Positions 1 to 12,312 of a stretch of DNA of 48,941 bases are shown here, in pieces (the stretch's first letter is position 1; every line of letters begins with the position of its first letter). Both the position numbers and the translations under genes were made by a program. The notes below the pieces were generated by a model. The model saw only the letters and a program-made list of their open reading frames with translations. It ran no database searches and was not told the origin of the DNA. Source of the stretch: Paraglomus brasilianum (Eukaryota); assembly GCA_910592345.1 (NCBI GenBank), contig CAJVPI010000148.1, positions 1 to 48,941 on the forward strand. Direction: 5' to 3'.

Positions 1-2049
1 AAACAATTATCCGATGGATGGACTAGCAACAATAAGCAACTCGATGAGTTTATTAAGAAATCTCAATTACAAACAAAATCACCAAATCATGCCTATTTGG
101 AATGGATTCCATATGATCATATTGATTTTAGGGAGTATGGCTCATATTTGTATGGTCCACCAACTAATTATTGTGTTAAATTGATTCCACTTGAAATAAC
201 AGACGAGACACATGATTTATATTATGCCGAGGTAACTATTTACTTATGCGTCATGTTTATTGAATACTTTAAATAATTATTGACTTGCTATTATATATAG
301 TTACGTAATGAGCATCCAGATATGCTTACCACGGATGTTTGGGTTACCATCGGATTCACATATAATGAAAGTAGACAAAAGTATTGTCTCATAAAAGAAA
401 AGTTTGAGGATGGATTATGTCTGGCATGTATGGGGCGATTAGAACCCAAGATAAATGCATTCTGTTATGAATGTAAAGCACCACGACCTCTTAATTGGAC
501 GACTAGTAACAAGTCATTAGATTTATTTATTATGAAATCATGGAAGAATACGAGTAACAAAGGTGATGCGTATATACAATGGATAGCGTATTCTCTATTA
601 ACAAACGTACAAGAAATGACATCATTACGCCATGGATGCACACATATAGCAGAATGTTTAGAACTGACAACAAATGGATTGACACGTGTGGCACTCAAAA
701 AGATAGTTCGTGAAGGGGATGATCAATTTTATCAGGTAAATCATCTATGCAAATAGTATTATTGACGTGTGTATCAAGCAGATTACTGTTGTAATGACCG
801 TTTATGTATTTTTTTACTCAAATAGCTAACCAAGGAATACCCCGAGATATTAACACCCGAGAATATTTGGATAATTGGGATAACTCAGGAGCCATCTACC
901 CGGGAATATTTTTTAGTTTTCTACCATGATGTACATGCAATATTGGATAAATTTATACAAAATAATGAACGTATAATGTACATGCAGTATAACGACTTTT
1001 ACGAACTCAAAGAGATTGGATGTGGTGGTTATGGAACAGTTTATACTGCCAAAGATAAAAGTGATTCACGAACTGTTGTACTCAAACGGTTTAACAGTTT
1101 TGATGAAATGCCGGAATTATTTATTTCCGAGGTAAGCAATTGTTGATGTTATTAATTAAAGTATATTTAATCTGACTCTGTATTTAATATTACTAGGTCA
1201 GAAATCATGCCAAGTGTGCGAGTGGATATTTCCTTAAAATTTATGGAGTCACGCAAGACCCAGAAACAAAAGAGTACATGATTGTTATGCAATATGCTAA
1301 CAACGGTAATCTTTTGTCTTATTTGGGTCAAAATATTAACAAATTGACGTGGAAGGGGAAATTACAGTGTTTGGAGGGAATTGCATGGTATCTGTATGTT
1401 ATTCATGGTGTGGGGTTAGTGCATTGTGATCTTCATGGCGGAAACATTGTTTTCCATGACAATACGCGTGAGATATATTCATTCATATGCGATTTGGGTC
1501 TCTCGCGATCGGTGAATTCGTGCGAGTCAACCATTCGAGGCGTTTTACCCTTTATTGCACCAGAAGTCTTCAATACTCGCAGATTTACTCAGAAATCAGA
1601 TGTATATTCTTTTGGTATCATTATGTATTTGGTTGCTACTGGTGAACCACCTTTTAGAGATAGGCAGTTCGACAGAGATTTAATATGCGATATTATGGGT
1701 GGACTACGACCATCGATGCCTGATTCCGCGCCAGAGGAATACAAGAAACTTGCCGAGCGGTGTTGCGATGCTGATCCTGATAAGCGTCCAAATATATCTA
1801 CACTTTATGTTGATATTGGTATGCTTATTAACTGGGGTACTGTTGTCAGCAACGCATGGAATGCCGTTTATCATAATGATGTCAAACCCTTATCACGTCT
1901 CGAGAAGGAGAGTAAATATTCTAGCACGCTCTTACCTACTGTGGATTCAGCTGCAGGTATGGTTACACTTTGGTACAAATAAAGTCTATTTACAATATTA
2001 ATATTAACACTGCATTTTTTATAATTTAGATACTCAACCTCTTTTTTGA
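1..2049 (+). CDS. Tyrosine kinase-like (TKL) protein kinase of the family expanded in Glomeromycotina/Endogonales; 5' end lies outside the window
   Basis: In-frame GT-AG exons 1-231, 301-735, 826-1131, 1197-1956 and probably 2030-2049 (alternatively reads to the stop at 1982). Motifs: IGCGGYGTVY, VVLK, YGVTQDPETKEYMIVMQYA, HCDLHGGN, DLG, GVLPFIAPE, SDVYSFG, CCDADPDKRP. Family-typical pre-kinase motif WTSNNKQLDEFI...LEWIPY. Confidence 0.92.
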
Positions 2050-2278
2050 ATAAATTTGTAATTCAACGGGCTTATTTACGGTTATACGAGTTTTATTCAA
2101 AAGTTCGAATTATACGACGTATGTCAATATGGTTGAGTTAACAAGATGCCGAAATAAATCGTGCATGTTTTGCCTTTGCCGGAGTAGATCATTTGAAAAG
2201 TAAATCTTGAGACTGATGTTTTATGAAATTGGTAATGAGATGCTGAATAAAATACTTAGCAACATTCGAGCTCGGTTC

Positions 2279-2643
2279 AGCACCAGCCGGATGATGCGTG
2301 CTTCCTGACATTGTTTTCATACCCAAACCAGTTCTTTCCAAATGGCCCCATGCAGTCGGCCAATAAGGCTTTGATAAACGCGATAGCCACTTCATGACTA
2401 GAATGCTCTGGAGATGCGATAAAAGCAGATCCGACACCTTCCGATTGAAGAAACTCCTGTAAGCCTAGGCCATTCCACGGTATTACGCAAGTGATAAATC
2501 ATCAATCTACTTATATCCCTCAAAGCCATATCGCTACTCTTTTCATGATATTGCTACATAGCCTTAACGGCATCCAACAACGGAAATAAAATTGCCATAC
2601 ACAAGTGTGCCAACCATATATACCAAGACAGCTCCGTTCATAT
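2279..2643 (-). pseudogene. Possible decayed coding fragment of unknown family
   Basis: One minus-strand frame reads PWNGLGLQEFLQSEGVGSAFIASPEHSSHEVAIAFIKALLADCMGPFGKNWFGYENNVRKHASSGWC*, which is protein-like. Upstream frames are broken by stops and frameshifts. Family not recognised. Confidence 0.3.
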
Positions 2644-2995
2644 TAGGTAGTCCGAGAGTTTGAGAAATGTTTAGATATTCCCAATTTGACACAATTTGGC
2701 TATGAGCATAAATTAAAGTATTAATATTGTAGAATTTTGCTATTTTAATTAGTTCTCATTACCTCTCCTACCACGTTTATTGGCAAAGGAGATAATTTAG
2801 CACTCCGGGGAGAAATTAAATATGATAGGGGAGGTATTGATGAGGACACACTATGATAAATTTTATTTTTATTATAAATATTGATATTAAATAAGAAGCC
2901 TGATTCGAAATTTATAAGACGGCCCTCTTTGCGTAACGTTCTGAAACGCACCCTTATAACGCGTAAAAATTTAATGATTGTCAAACTACTAGTAC

Positions 2996-3729
2996 ATAGT
3001 CAACCTCGTTAATCCGAAGTCAACGGGATCGAGGCTTAAGTTCGGATTAACGAGGTTTGTTCTCAATAATCCGAACTTGCTATTGGATTCAATAATTATT
3101 CGGTTTACAACTTAAGTCTTTATTATTGTTGTTGTTATCACAACGTACACAGAATGGTTCTAAACGCTCCCACCTGCTAACATCTGATTATGTCGTCTCG
3201 CTTTGAGGTGCGAAAAAACTATCAAGATGTAATTGTCGCTTACTTTGTATTCAAGTACTTTAATCATTCTCTAAGATCAACTACAAGGCGGTGATTGATG
3301 TCGAATTTTGTCGCATATTCTTGTCTAATAAATCCTAAAATATTACCGATGCTTTCATTGGCTAATGCAAGCGAAGCTGGGCTTTCATCCTCGTATTCTT
3401 CGCACGGTTCTGGTGTTTCAATGCCCGTGACAATTTCTATGACGTCATCATCAATTGATATTCTCTCAGTTTCTCCAAGTAAATGATTATCTATCTCGGC
3501 AATCTTGGCTTACGGTTCATTATAAAAAAATAAATTCAAAGAGAGAGTTAAGCTTTATAAGCTGATGAGATTCTTCGGATTAACGAGGAATTTTTATATA
3601 CGTTTTTCACAACTGCCTTCGGATTACGGATTACTATAAAATTCAGATAAACGAGGTAAATTTCTTATTAATAAATCGGGACCAGAATATTTCTTCGGAT
3701 TACGGATTAACGATAACGAGGTTGACTAT
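2996..3729. mobile_element. Non-autonomous pogo/Tigger-like (Tc1/mariner superfamily) DNA transposon with a remnant transposase C-terminus
   Basis: Perfect 16-bp terminal inverted repeats ATAGTCAACCTCGTTA (2996-3011) and TAACGAGGTTGACTAT (3714-3729). Subterminal TTCGGATTA(ACGAGG)-type repeats near 3041, 3574, 3618, 3642 and 3694. The minus strand reads ...IDDDVIEIVTGIETPEPCEEYEDESPASLALANESIGNILGFI... and ...KRQLHLDSFF..., resembling the acidic tail and PIP-box-like end of pogo/Tigger transposases, with stops. Confidence 0.85.
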
Positions 3730-4796
3730 TGTTTACTAAATTTGTCCAATTGAAAGCACTTTTGAGTCTTTATCGATAAGAATCAATAGATTGTATGCGG
3801 AGAAGTAGCAGTATTTTATCTAGTCTCTTTGCTAATGAACGAAGTAATAATGTTGAGATGCTTTTTCTTGGCCTGTCATTAGGGTTTGCTGACTCGCGTA
3901 GTTAATACGCTTTAATCCTGGATCGTTTATATCACGTCTCCTATTACTCGTAATAGCAAAATGGATTTACACGCATTAACGAAGTTCGATTTCGGTCTTG
4001 AATATATCGCTTGTATTTCTTCGGCGCAATAATTAAGCCACTTATATTTATACTAACTCTTAAACCAGTGTAGAATAAGAAATAGAATTAAATTATTCCT
4101 TTTATAAATGGCTTTGATTTTATCCGCGCGAGAGTGTCCGTTCTTACACTGTTGAATTATTCAAGAGGATAAATGCACTTGTGTATTATCGAGACTTTTA
4201 TTTGTTAGCTTATAAACCGAACTAATACTAATATTTCGCCTATACATACTAGTCGGACATATCTCCCATATTTAATAAATCGTCGTTACTATTACAACTC
4301 TATCTATTATCATCAATTAGTACTGAAATTAATAGGCATTATTAGAAACGTCTCCTAGTCTGATCACCTGATTAGCGTCCCGATGCCAACTGTGTTCGCG
4401 AGTTCAAACACAACCCCTCACTACATTTACCAAACTGCAATATATTACTATGAACAATTCTATTAAAATGTTAGTTTAAAGGATATACTAAATATAAGCT
4501 GTTTTTCCCCTGATAAGAATTGCCTGAAAATAAACATGAGAACAATTAGTTATTATTATGTTGCTTGTCCTATGAGACAATTGGCTTAGCGCAATAATAA
4601 ACAATAATGATATAATCTCATTCTTTGTTAGGTAATAAATTGACGAACGTTGAAGATATGATGTAATAATATATTCGACGGCACAGTATTTAATTGAATT
4701 AAACCAGTAAAAAGACAGAGTACAATCTAAATAATACAATCTAATATAAATAAATTCTACGAAAGCATCATTGTTAATGAAAGCACGACTTGGCTT

Positions 4797-6856
4797 TCAG
4801 ATAATATCCCATTCCTGATTCAGTTCCCATTGAACTAAATTTGCGGTTACCTTATTCTTCTTATGTTTGCAAAACCTTTTAAAATCACAATTAATACTGT
4901 GTTTAAAAATTTTCTTAAACACATCCCAAGAACAGTACAGCTCTCCGCATCCAGGTATAATTGTGGGCACTTCGTTCTTCAACATACGAATCATTGTTGA
5001 TGACGAATCGCAGGTGTAGATTTCGAAATAAAAATTTGCAGCAAAGGGTGAAATTTGGGAGGAGCGGAATTTACGGGCTGAGATTTGACTTGATGTCCAA
5101 TTAGCCTTTAGATGTTCATGATCTTTGTTTAGCCCCTAGAATGAGATAAAGTTTGTTAACAACGAGGTCGTCATCACAATATTGAGCTTGGGCAATAACT
5201 TTTCTATTTTATACCCCCACATCTTATATATCCCTCAGTTATTTACCCCCCATCGTAAATACTTACCAATAAAGTAGTCAAGAAAAAGACCGTCTCGGCA
5301 TGTGCAAATCTAAGCACACCCCTCACCCAGGGTTCCTCCCCCCTGTTCCTCGTCTCAATTGCCTGTTCTACTCTTTCCACGAGATCTGTCACTAGTCTAC
5401 ACGCCATCAATTCATTCAAACGATTACCATAACTATACGTGTAATAATTGCTTATATCATTAAAATATTCCATAATTTTAAAATCATCAGGTCGTAGTAA
5501 CGAACACCATGTATCACTCCTGTTGTAGAACGAGATTTCGAATCCACATGCACGATGTATGTACTCGGCGTGGATAGGTAGTAGAGGTGGAGATATGGTG
5601 AGCTCTTTAGAGATCCGATCGGCTATGGCAGGAAAGTATTTGGATATGTAAAAAGACAGTTCGCGTTCGCGGGTCGGGTTATTACGTTGTATTGAACGCC
5701 ATATTGGGCAAGCATATTTGACGGCTAATTGGTCGTCCTCGTTCTTGGATTGGGGAGTAGTGTATTAAATAGGAGAAAAGTAACACGAGGTGAGTATTCA
5801 ATATGAAGCAATAAAATGGATCTGTAAAGATAATAGTAGAGGAATAACAACTAGATCTGCTTGCCCGATCGAGATCGAACCGAACTTGACCTGCTTGCCC
5901 AACACTCTTTCTTTGACTTACCAGTGGTATGGTGTGTATATAAACAGGCTGAAATAATGGCTGCCCGAGCGATCCCTGTCCCTCAAACAGCCCAAGCGAA
6001 TAAGCAACGCCAGACTGTCCCGATCTGTTCAAATTAAAAAGATTCTTTCGGTTTAGTAGAATCTCGTGAATAAATCTCGATGGGCTTGCGATAAAGATTA
6101 ATGTAGCTGTAGTAACCGATAAAAGGGTAAAAAGATATTGTGACTTTAAATTTTCGCTATATCTAGTGAGTGGTATTGTTACACGCAGTTAAGTCTGATT
6201 TTCTCGATAACTATCGCATATGAGCTATGCAGGTAATAAGGCTTTATACAAAAACATGATTACAAACATCTACTCCATTAAAAGAAAAACAAGCGCTTTG
6301 CACCTCGACAACATACACATATTGCAAGACATGTGTAATGTCGCTACTATCGCTCAGCCTCCCAAACCATAACATCTTACCTGCTGATCGCCGAACTCTC
6401 GAAATCAAAAAGATTCGCATCGTACGTCGCGTTATCCAAAAACTTTTTGTACCTACTGTTTGCTCTTCTCCCCATCAAGTACAATTCGGCTTCTCCAGTT
6501 CTAGCCAACAGACCTGCTTGAAATTTCTTAAATGGATTCCTCCACTGCCTCCACCATGATTCTTCGTTTCCAACATCCTTAAACAAATCGATCAGTTTAT
6601 TGAACTTAGTGACGTCTCCCCTTGTTGGATGCCGGATGCCATGACGAGCCAAAAGATATAATTGTGATAACGTGCATTGAGGTGGTGGGATTAATTCATC
6701 TGCATGAGGAGTTGTTATTGGATACGGTCGTTTCGTTCCTAAATGGTCGTGTAAATGAAAACCTTGATCACTATGACAAGCGCTAAGAATGATGCAAAAG
6801 AAGGCGAATATGATTAAGAAAATAATCTTTTGGCGTCTGGATATATGGTAGCGCAT
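4797..6856 (-). CDS. Histidine acid phosphatase, MINPP1/phytase-like (multiple inositol polyphosphate phosphatase family)
   Basis: Four exons, approx 6856-6381, 6024-5922, 5744-5267 and 5135-4797. Catalytic RHGIRHP motif, HLGTKRPY, CGFEISF...WCSLL, MINPP-type FAHAET proton-donor motif, SPFAANFYFEIY, and an N-terminal hydrophobic signal/anchor (IIFLIIFAFFCIILSAC). Confidence 0.93.
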
Positions 6857-7830
6857 TTGTGAAGACGTTCACTGGAGGAACAAGGGAAAGAAAAGGAGGC
6901 AGGGAGATTTGAGTTAAAATAAAATGTCTATTATAATGACAACACATTATGGTAAATAGGGGTTACACTGAACGATTGTCAAGTTCAAGTTCCTTTTAAG
7001 AAAATTCAAACGTCTTGATTAGTTTGGGTTTATTTTTGACGTAAAAGGTCGAATGCAGTAGCAAATGCATTGATGTTAATCTCAAACGCTCTGATTAGTT
7101 CGGGGTTTTTGTTTTCGCTTTGGTTTACTATTATTACTTGTATTCGATCATACAGTACGCGTGACAGCCTATCAAATGAATTGGTTTTGCTGAATGATGA
7201 TATTGATTGGTTGATTGGTTACCCAACTTGTTTCACTACAAACAAGTTTAGCCCCTTTCTCATGTCTACTAACTATTTGTTGTACATCATCCAGAATTGC
7301 ATCATTGGATGAAATACTTAACTGACTTGCACCAAACTTCCCTAGCAGAAATCGTAATAAATGGTGGCATAGTGAAAACGCCAATTGATGCCTTTTTTTG
7401 CGGCAAATTGTTAAAACCACAATCTATACTACAGTAATAGTAACCCTCTTGAATCAGTGGAAGGGATGATTTTTGGGAGACAAGTTCTGTGTATAATAAT
7501 GAAATAACGCGAAAATACTATCGTTAGCCCGACTTGAGATATGACTATTGACGAAAGCTTTGGTTAAAGTACTTCCACACTGTTGAATTAAAAAGACATA
7601 TTTAGAACCACAGCTTGTGAACAAATCTGTACACAGTACTAATATCCAACATATATATATCAAGGCGTACATACACAGAAACTTATTATTATTTTTAGTT
7701 TCCTTAGCTTTAGCTTTCAAAAGTAAGAACAGTGGTGTGCAAAAAAAAAAAAAAGACAACGTTTAAATTGCTCTAGTTTTACAATGTAAAGCATATTATA
7801 TGAAAGTATAATTGTGTTCGTGATTTATTC

Positions 7831-7838
7831 CACGTGAC
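7831..7838. promoter_or_regulatory. E-box CACGTGAC (candidate bHLH site) about 1 kb upstream of the acid phosphatase
   Basis: Exact CACGTG core at 7831-7836. Function is inferred only from position. Confidence 0.2.
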
Positions 7839-8992
7839 TTACACAACAGATCTCGTATTTTCTTCGCGTTCGGCTTTTGCTGCGGTTTCCAATGAATAGT
7901 AAACCATTCTTCTCGAGTACACCACTTTTTCAGTTCCTCACCCTAACTGATGCTGTGGCCGCTTCTATCACTGCTGATGGCCTGTTGACTATTATCAGCG
8001 AGAACGGCCAATTTCATCATAATCGATGGAAGACAGATACCCCCTGCATAGCTATCCCAATGCAACACCTCATGTAGTGAATTCGTCGTCAACTACCTCG
8101 ACAATGGAAAGGAAAAAAAAGAAGAAGATAGCTATCAAGTCTATAACAAATTAGACGTGTTCGAATAATATTATTATTGGTTTTTATTTTTGGTAAAATT
8201 TATAAGTAATTTTTAATCCAGATATTCTTGGATAATTCATTCCATGCTGAATATTTCCCTTGTTCTCTCTCTGATTTGATATAAATTAGTTTCATGTTAT
8301 TTTTATACAGAGATAATCTCATCTTATTATTAAACGTTTGTAAAGTTGTGTCACTGTCACTTTATCAATTTGAATGTCAGAGGTCTGAAAATGTGATCGA
8401 AAGTGATAGAACAAAGCTTCCAAACGCCATCTGTCATATTACTGTATATCAGTTCATACCAGCCATTTCGAGTTTCTATGATCAAATTTCACTTTGTCTT
8501 GGGTGGAATCTTTGTTTTCAAATGCATTACATGTTTCCTGCCTCAAAATGTTCTTGCTTAAAATAAATAGCACCAAAACAAGCCTTGTGTTTTTACTTTA
8601 CATGAGACAAATAGGTCCAAAATGGAAAAGCTACCTATATACAAACTATAGAGAATACTGTAAATTTGTCAATTTTTTTTGCACACTGCTGTATCTAACA
8701 CGTAAATTATCAACTCTTCTACTCTATAATTATGTCTAATTCTTAATAATTACATTATATGCTATACAATATACAATCGACATAGTGCTGATGAAAATAA
8801 CAGAAGAATGCTGATGTAGTAGCAGTCCTTGCCGTATATTATTAGAACAAAGTCAATCGAACAACAAACAAAATCAAAATCATAACAAGAAACTTTATAA
8901 CAAGTGTAACGATACTCACTCTCTTTCCCACAGTCAAACAACTCCGAAACCCCTTTCTAGATGTCGCGTTCATCTCCTCCAACTTTTCTCAC

Positions 8993-10603
8993 TTATCCCT
9001 TAAATCCATTTCTAGTCTTTCTCCCTGTCTCACGATTTCTGCACGTAATTCTATGTTTCATCTTGATCGCATCAATCAAAAATTCATTCACCGGCGTACT
9101 CAATCCACACATGCGACCTGATTTTACAATGAATCCATTCACATAATCTATATCAGTTAGCCGACAGGAGAGTACCGCAGAAGACATTGGGGACGATATG
9201 TGTGGATGAGTGTTGCAGATTTGTAATACGGCATCGAGAATACGGTCGGGACCGAAGCGATTTGTCAGCGGAAGCGGAAGGGATGGTGAAACCGAAGAAT
9301 GAGATGGCTGAGAGGAATGCGTGGTTGACGTTGTGAATTGCGGTTTTGGAGAGGATGAGGGTGAAGCGTCAAGCTTTAAAGATTCGTCGCAAGATACAAC
9401 TTGAGATGACTTTTCATGAGCAACAGCATCGCTAGCCTCTCCACTGAATTCTTTGTCCGTATCACTCGTCTCTTCCATATTTGCTTCCCTTGCTTTTCGT
9501 TCTGCTTCCAAAAACCCTCCAATCACAAACCCACGATAAGCCCGGACTACGGCCGATGCTTCACTCACAACCTTTTTCAGTACTCTATTTGCTGGCATAT
9601 TATACAATAAACTCCCGTACTTTACATTGAAAAGCGTGGAGATTGGCGCAAGACACGCGTTTATGAGAAGTTTTTCGAGTAAATGATCGATAACGACTGG
9701 GTAGAAGAGGCGGGTAAAGGAGAGAAGTGGAAGAGATGTAAGAATGGATATGGTAGAATGGAGCGATGACTGTGTGGTCGAGAATGAGTTTATACTATCT
9801 TTTTTGTTATCTTTTGCTGAATCGATATTATTGTTCTCTGAGTTAATTTTGGCTTTCTCCGAGTTAAAGCCATCAAGTCGTTCATTAGCCATACCACTAA
9901 CCCTAACCTCTCTCCCATCTTCTCCGGGCACAATTCCAAAATATACCCTTCCCAATCTCTCCACCATAACCTCAAATTGTCCACGCGTATAACATCTATG
10001 TGTAGCGTCCGCAAGAACAATGTTTGGACGTACGGAAGGTTCGCGAAAGTACGTCTGTATCAAGTCTTCGTAAATGCCTAATGTTCCGTGGTGAAAAATG
10101 ATAATTGTGGATGTGGGGAGGATACGAAGAAAAATCCGGGAGAATACAGAAAAAAAGTCTGGTAGAGACGTGGCAATAATTAGGGACGATATTGGAGTGA
10201 CGTTGGGAGAAAGGGAAGGCAAAGAGGAGAAGGAACGAAGAGAAGAGTCTAACGAATTGGAGGGAAAATAGTAATGTCCTTTTGTATCAGGATCGGCATT
10301 CTTCACATTATTTTCTCCAAGCCCATATTCACTATCTGCTAGAGGATAAGCCAATTCATTTGATTCCACATCTCCAGTTTCATTGACACCCATTCCTGGT
10401 CCTCTCAACACCTCCAGTTGATATCCATTCGATGTTTCAACCGCATCGTTTTGATAATGCACTGTAATCACTCGATCCTTCCGCGTAAAGTTTGCGAGGG
10501 ACAAGCGATCACGAAGCAAAAGAGTTACGTCATGATTGTTGCGTTTCAAAATATGGGCGATCAAGAAGCCGATGCCTTGTGTCCCTAAGATATGGAAGCG
10601 CAT
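8993..10603 (-). CDS. Ketopantoate reductase (PanE/ApbA) family protein, divergent
   Basis: Single-exon ORF with likely ATG at 10603 (MRFHILGTQGIGFLIAHIL, Rossmann start). C-terminal domain motifs EKLLINACLAPISTLFNVKYG, TDIDYVNGFIV and TPVN. Contains long low-complexity insertions. Confidence 0.85.
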   Translation of the reverse strand: MRFHILGTQGIGFLIAHILKRNNHDVTLLLRDRLSLANFTRKDRVITVHYQNDAVETSNGYQLEVLRGPGMGVNETGDVESNELAYPLADSEYGLGENNVKNADPDTKGHYYFPSNSLDSSLRSFSSLPSLSPNVTPISSLIIATSLPDFFSVFSRIFLRILPTSTIIIFHHGTLGIYEDLIQTYFREPSVRPNIVLADATHRCYTRGQFEVMVERLGRVYFGIVPGEDGREVRVSGMANERLDGFNSEKAKINSENNNIDSAKDNKKDSINSFSTTQSSLHSTISILTSLPLLSFTRLFYPVVIDHLLEKLLINACLAPISTLFNVKYGSLLYNMPANRVLKKVVSEASAVVRAYRGFVIGGFLEAERKAREANMEETSDTDKEFSGEASDAVAHEKSSQVVSCDESLKLDASPSSSPKPQFTTSTTHSSQPSHSSVSPSLPLPLTNRFGPDRILDAVLQICNTHPHISSPMSSAVLSCRLTDIDYVNGFIVKSGRMCGLSTPVNEFLIDAIKMKHRITCRNRETGRKTRNGFKG

Positions 10604-10747
10604 GAGAATTTTACAAAGAGCGGGAACAATTGAAAAAGAGGAAATGAAGAAAACTGAATAATTTAGCAATGTGATTGGTTGATGAAATCTTTGTCGATCA
10701 AATAAACCGATTACAATCAGTTATATTTTTCAGTATATTTATTTGCT
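10604..10747. promoter_or_regulatory. Compact bidirectional promoter region
   Basis: Only 144 bp separate the divergent ATGs at 10603 (-) and 10748 (+). Contains GATTGG, an inverted CCAAT box, near 10673. Confidence 0.55.
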
Positions 10748-12312
10748 ATGCCTTTTCAAAAGTCGGATGATAAAGTAATAATTCAAGATGGGAATGAAAA
10801 CTCGGTTGAGGGTAATTAATGATGTGAAAGTATACGTTAATGATCTCGAACTCACTCGTTCATCTCTGTGTAGTTTATTTCTATGGAGCGACAGTAACTT
10901 CATGGATAACCGCCGGAAAGGAGAGGCTCTTCCTGAGGTATTAACAGAGTTACTATTACTGACATCATTGTGGGTTGTATTAACGTTGATCTGACGTCCA
11001 TATCAGTAAGAATGCCATATTGAATGGTACTAAAGCTATCCGCGGAGGGATACCATTGGGTATGGAAGAACATAAAATAGATAGATGAATGTGATTTATT
11101 AATCATAACCACACTTTGGAAAGCTCACGATATATCTCATTACTGTTCATCAGTATTTCCTCAATTTGGTAAAGCAGAAGACAGCGACGCTCCAACGGCT
11201 GCCCTTCCTCAACACGGCTTTGCACGGAATTCAAAGTGGGAATTCTTGGAGGGAAAAGATGGCGATAATGAAGTGACGGGAATTTTCGGTAAGCATGAGT
11301 TGTGGTGATGTATCGAGAGTCGTTAAAAAAAAAAAAAAAAAAAGAAGCTACAATCACAAGTTGGCAATAGAAAAACTTGATAATAATTATAAGGATGTTT
11401 TTTCTTTGTGATTTAGGCTTGTCTCCGTCATCAGTACCAACTGAATTGTATCAGAAATGGCCATTCCCATTCAAGCTGTTGTATACAGTCACCCTTCGTC
11501 CACAGTCACTTTCCACTTTTATATCTGTAAAGAATGAAGGATCTGAAGCATTTGATTTTCATACCCTACTTCATACTTACTTTTCTATCCCGGTGAGTGA
11601 GCGAGACTGTTGCTGTATAAGCGATTTCATAAAATGTGCAAGCAGTGTAGTAAAATGATTACAGGGATAATATTTATATTAATCGAATCTTGTTTGTTTC
11701 TGCTCAAGTTTAAAATATCCACTAAATGGATTCTATTAATAGGATATCTCAACACTCAAAATCCATAACTTGGCAAATAATGTCTTTATTGACAAAGTAG
11801 CCAATGGAGCACGCGATACAGAAACAAGAGAAGTCATCACCGTCAATGGAGAAGTAGACAGGGTATATGAAGACGTCAATGCCGAAGCTGTGCTTGTCCA
11901 ATATGGAGATGGGTCCGGAATCAGAGTAAAGAGGATTGGAGTGAAAGATGTCGGTAAGTAGCTCTTACATGTGAATCTTTAGAGGTAGAATTTATGAGAG
12001 ATCAAGAATGTGTTGGCTCCGTAATAACCTTTTTTTTCCTGATAAGACATGTATAAGGAGATAAAGGCATTGTATTTTTTGATACATCAATCTATGCGAA
12101 ACCACTACTCATTCACACGTATTTTTTATATTCGTCATCCCCTCTTGATAGTTGTCTGGAATCAATGGGAAGCCAAAGCGGCGGCTATGTCTGATTTTGG
12201 AGATGATGAATATAAAGAAATGATTTGCGTCGAACTTGGCAACGTATCCAAGTACGTTCACCTTGCACCGGGTGAGACGTGGGAAGGTGGACAGGAATTA
12301 AGCGTCATTTAG
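10748..12312 (+). CDS. Glucose-6-phosphate 1-epimerase (aldose 1-epimerase/mutarotase family, yeast YMR099C-like)
   Basis: Spliced translation: MPFQKSDDKVII...VYFYGATVTSW...ERLFLSKNAILNGTKAIRGGIPLVFPQFG...LPQHGFARN...FHTLLHTYF...EVDRVY...VVWNQW...MSDFGDDEYKEMICVE...WEGGQEL. About 7 exons with GT-AG introns, stop at 12310-12312. Confidence 0.93.

Noticed and set aside
4380..4415. B-box-like GAGTTCAAAC
   Set aside because: No acceptor stem or anticodon arm can be built.
10604..10669. Extended N-terminus of the 558-aa ORF call
   Set aside because: It begins at a non-ATG codon. The Rossmann fold starts at the ATG at 10603, and the extension would lie in the shared promoter.
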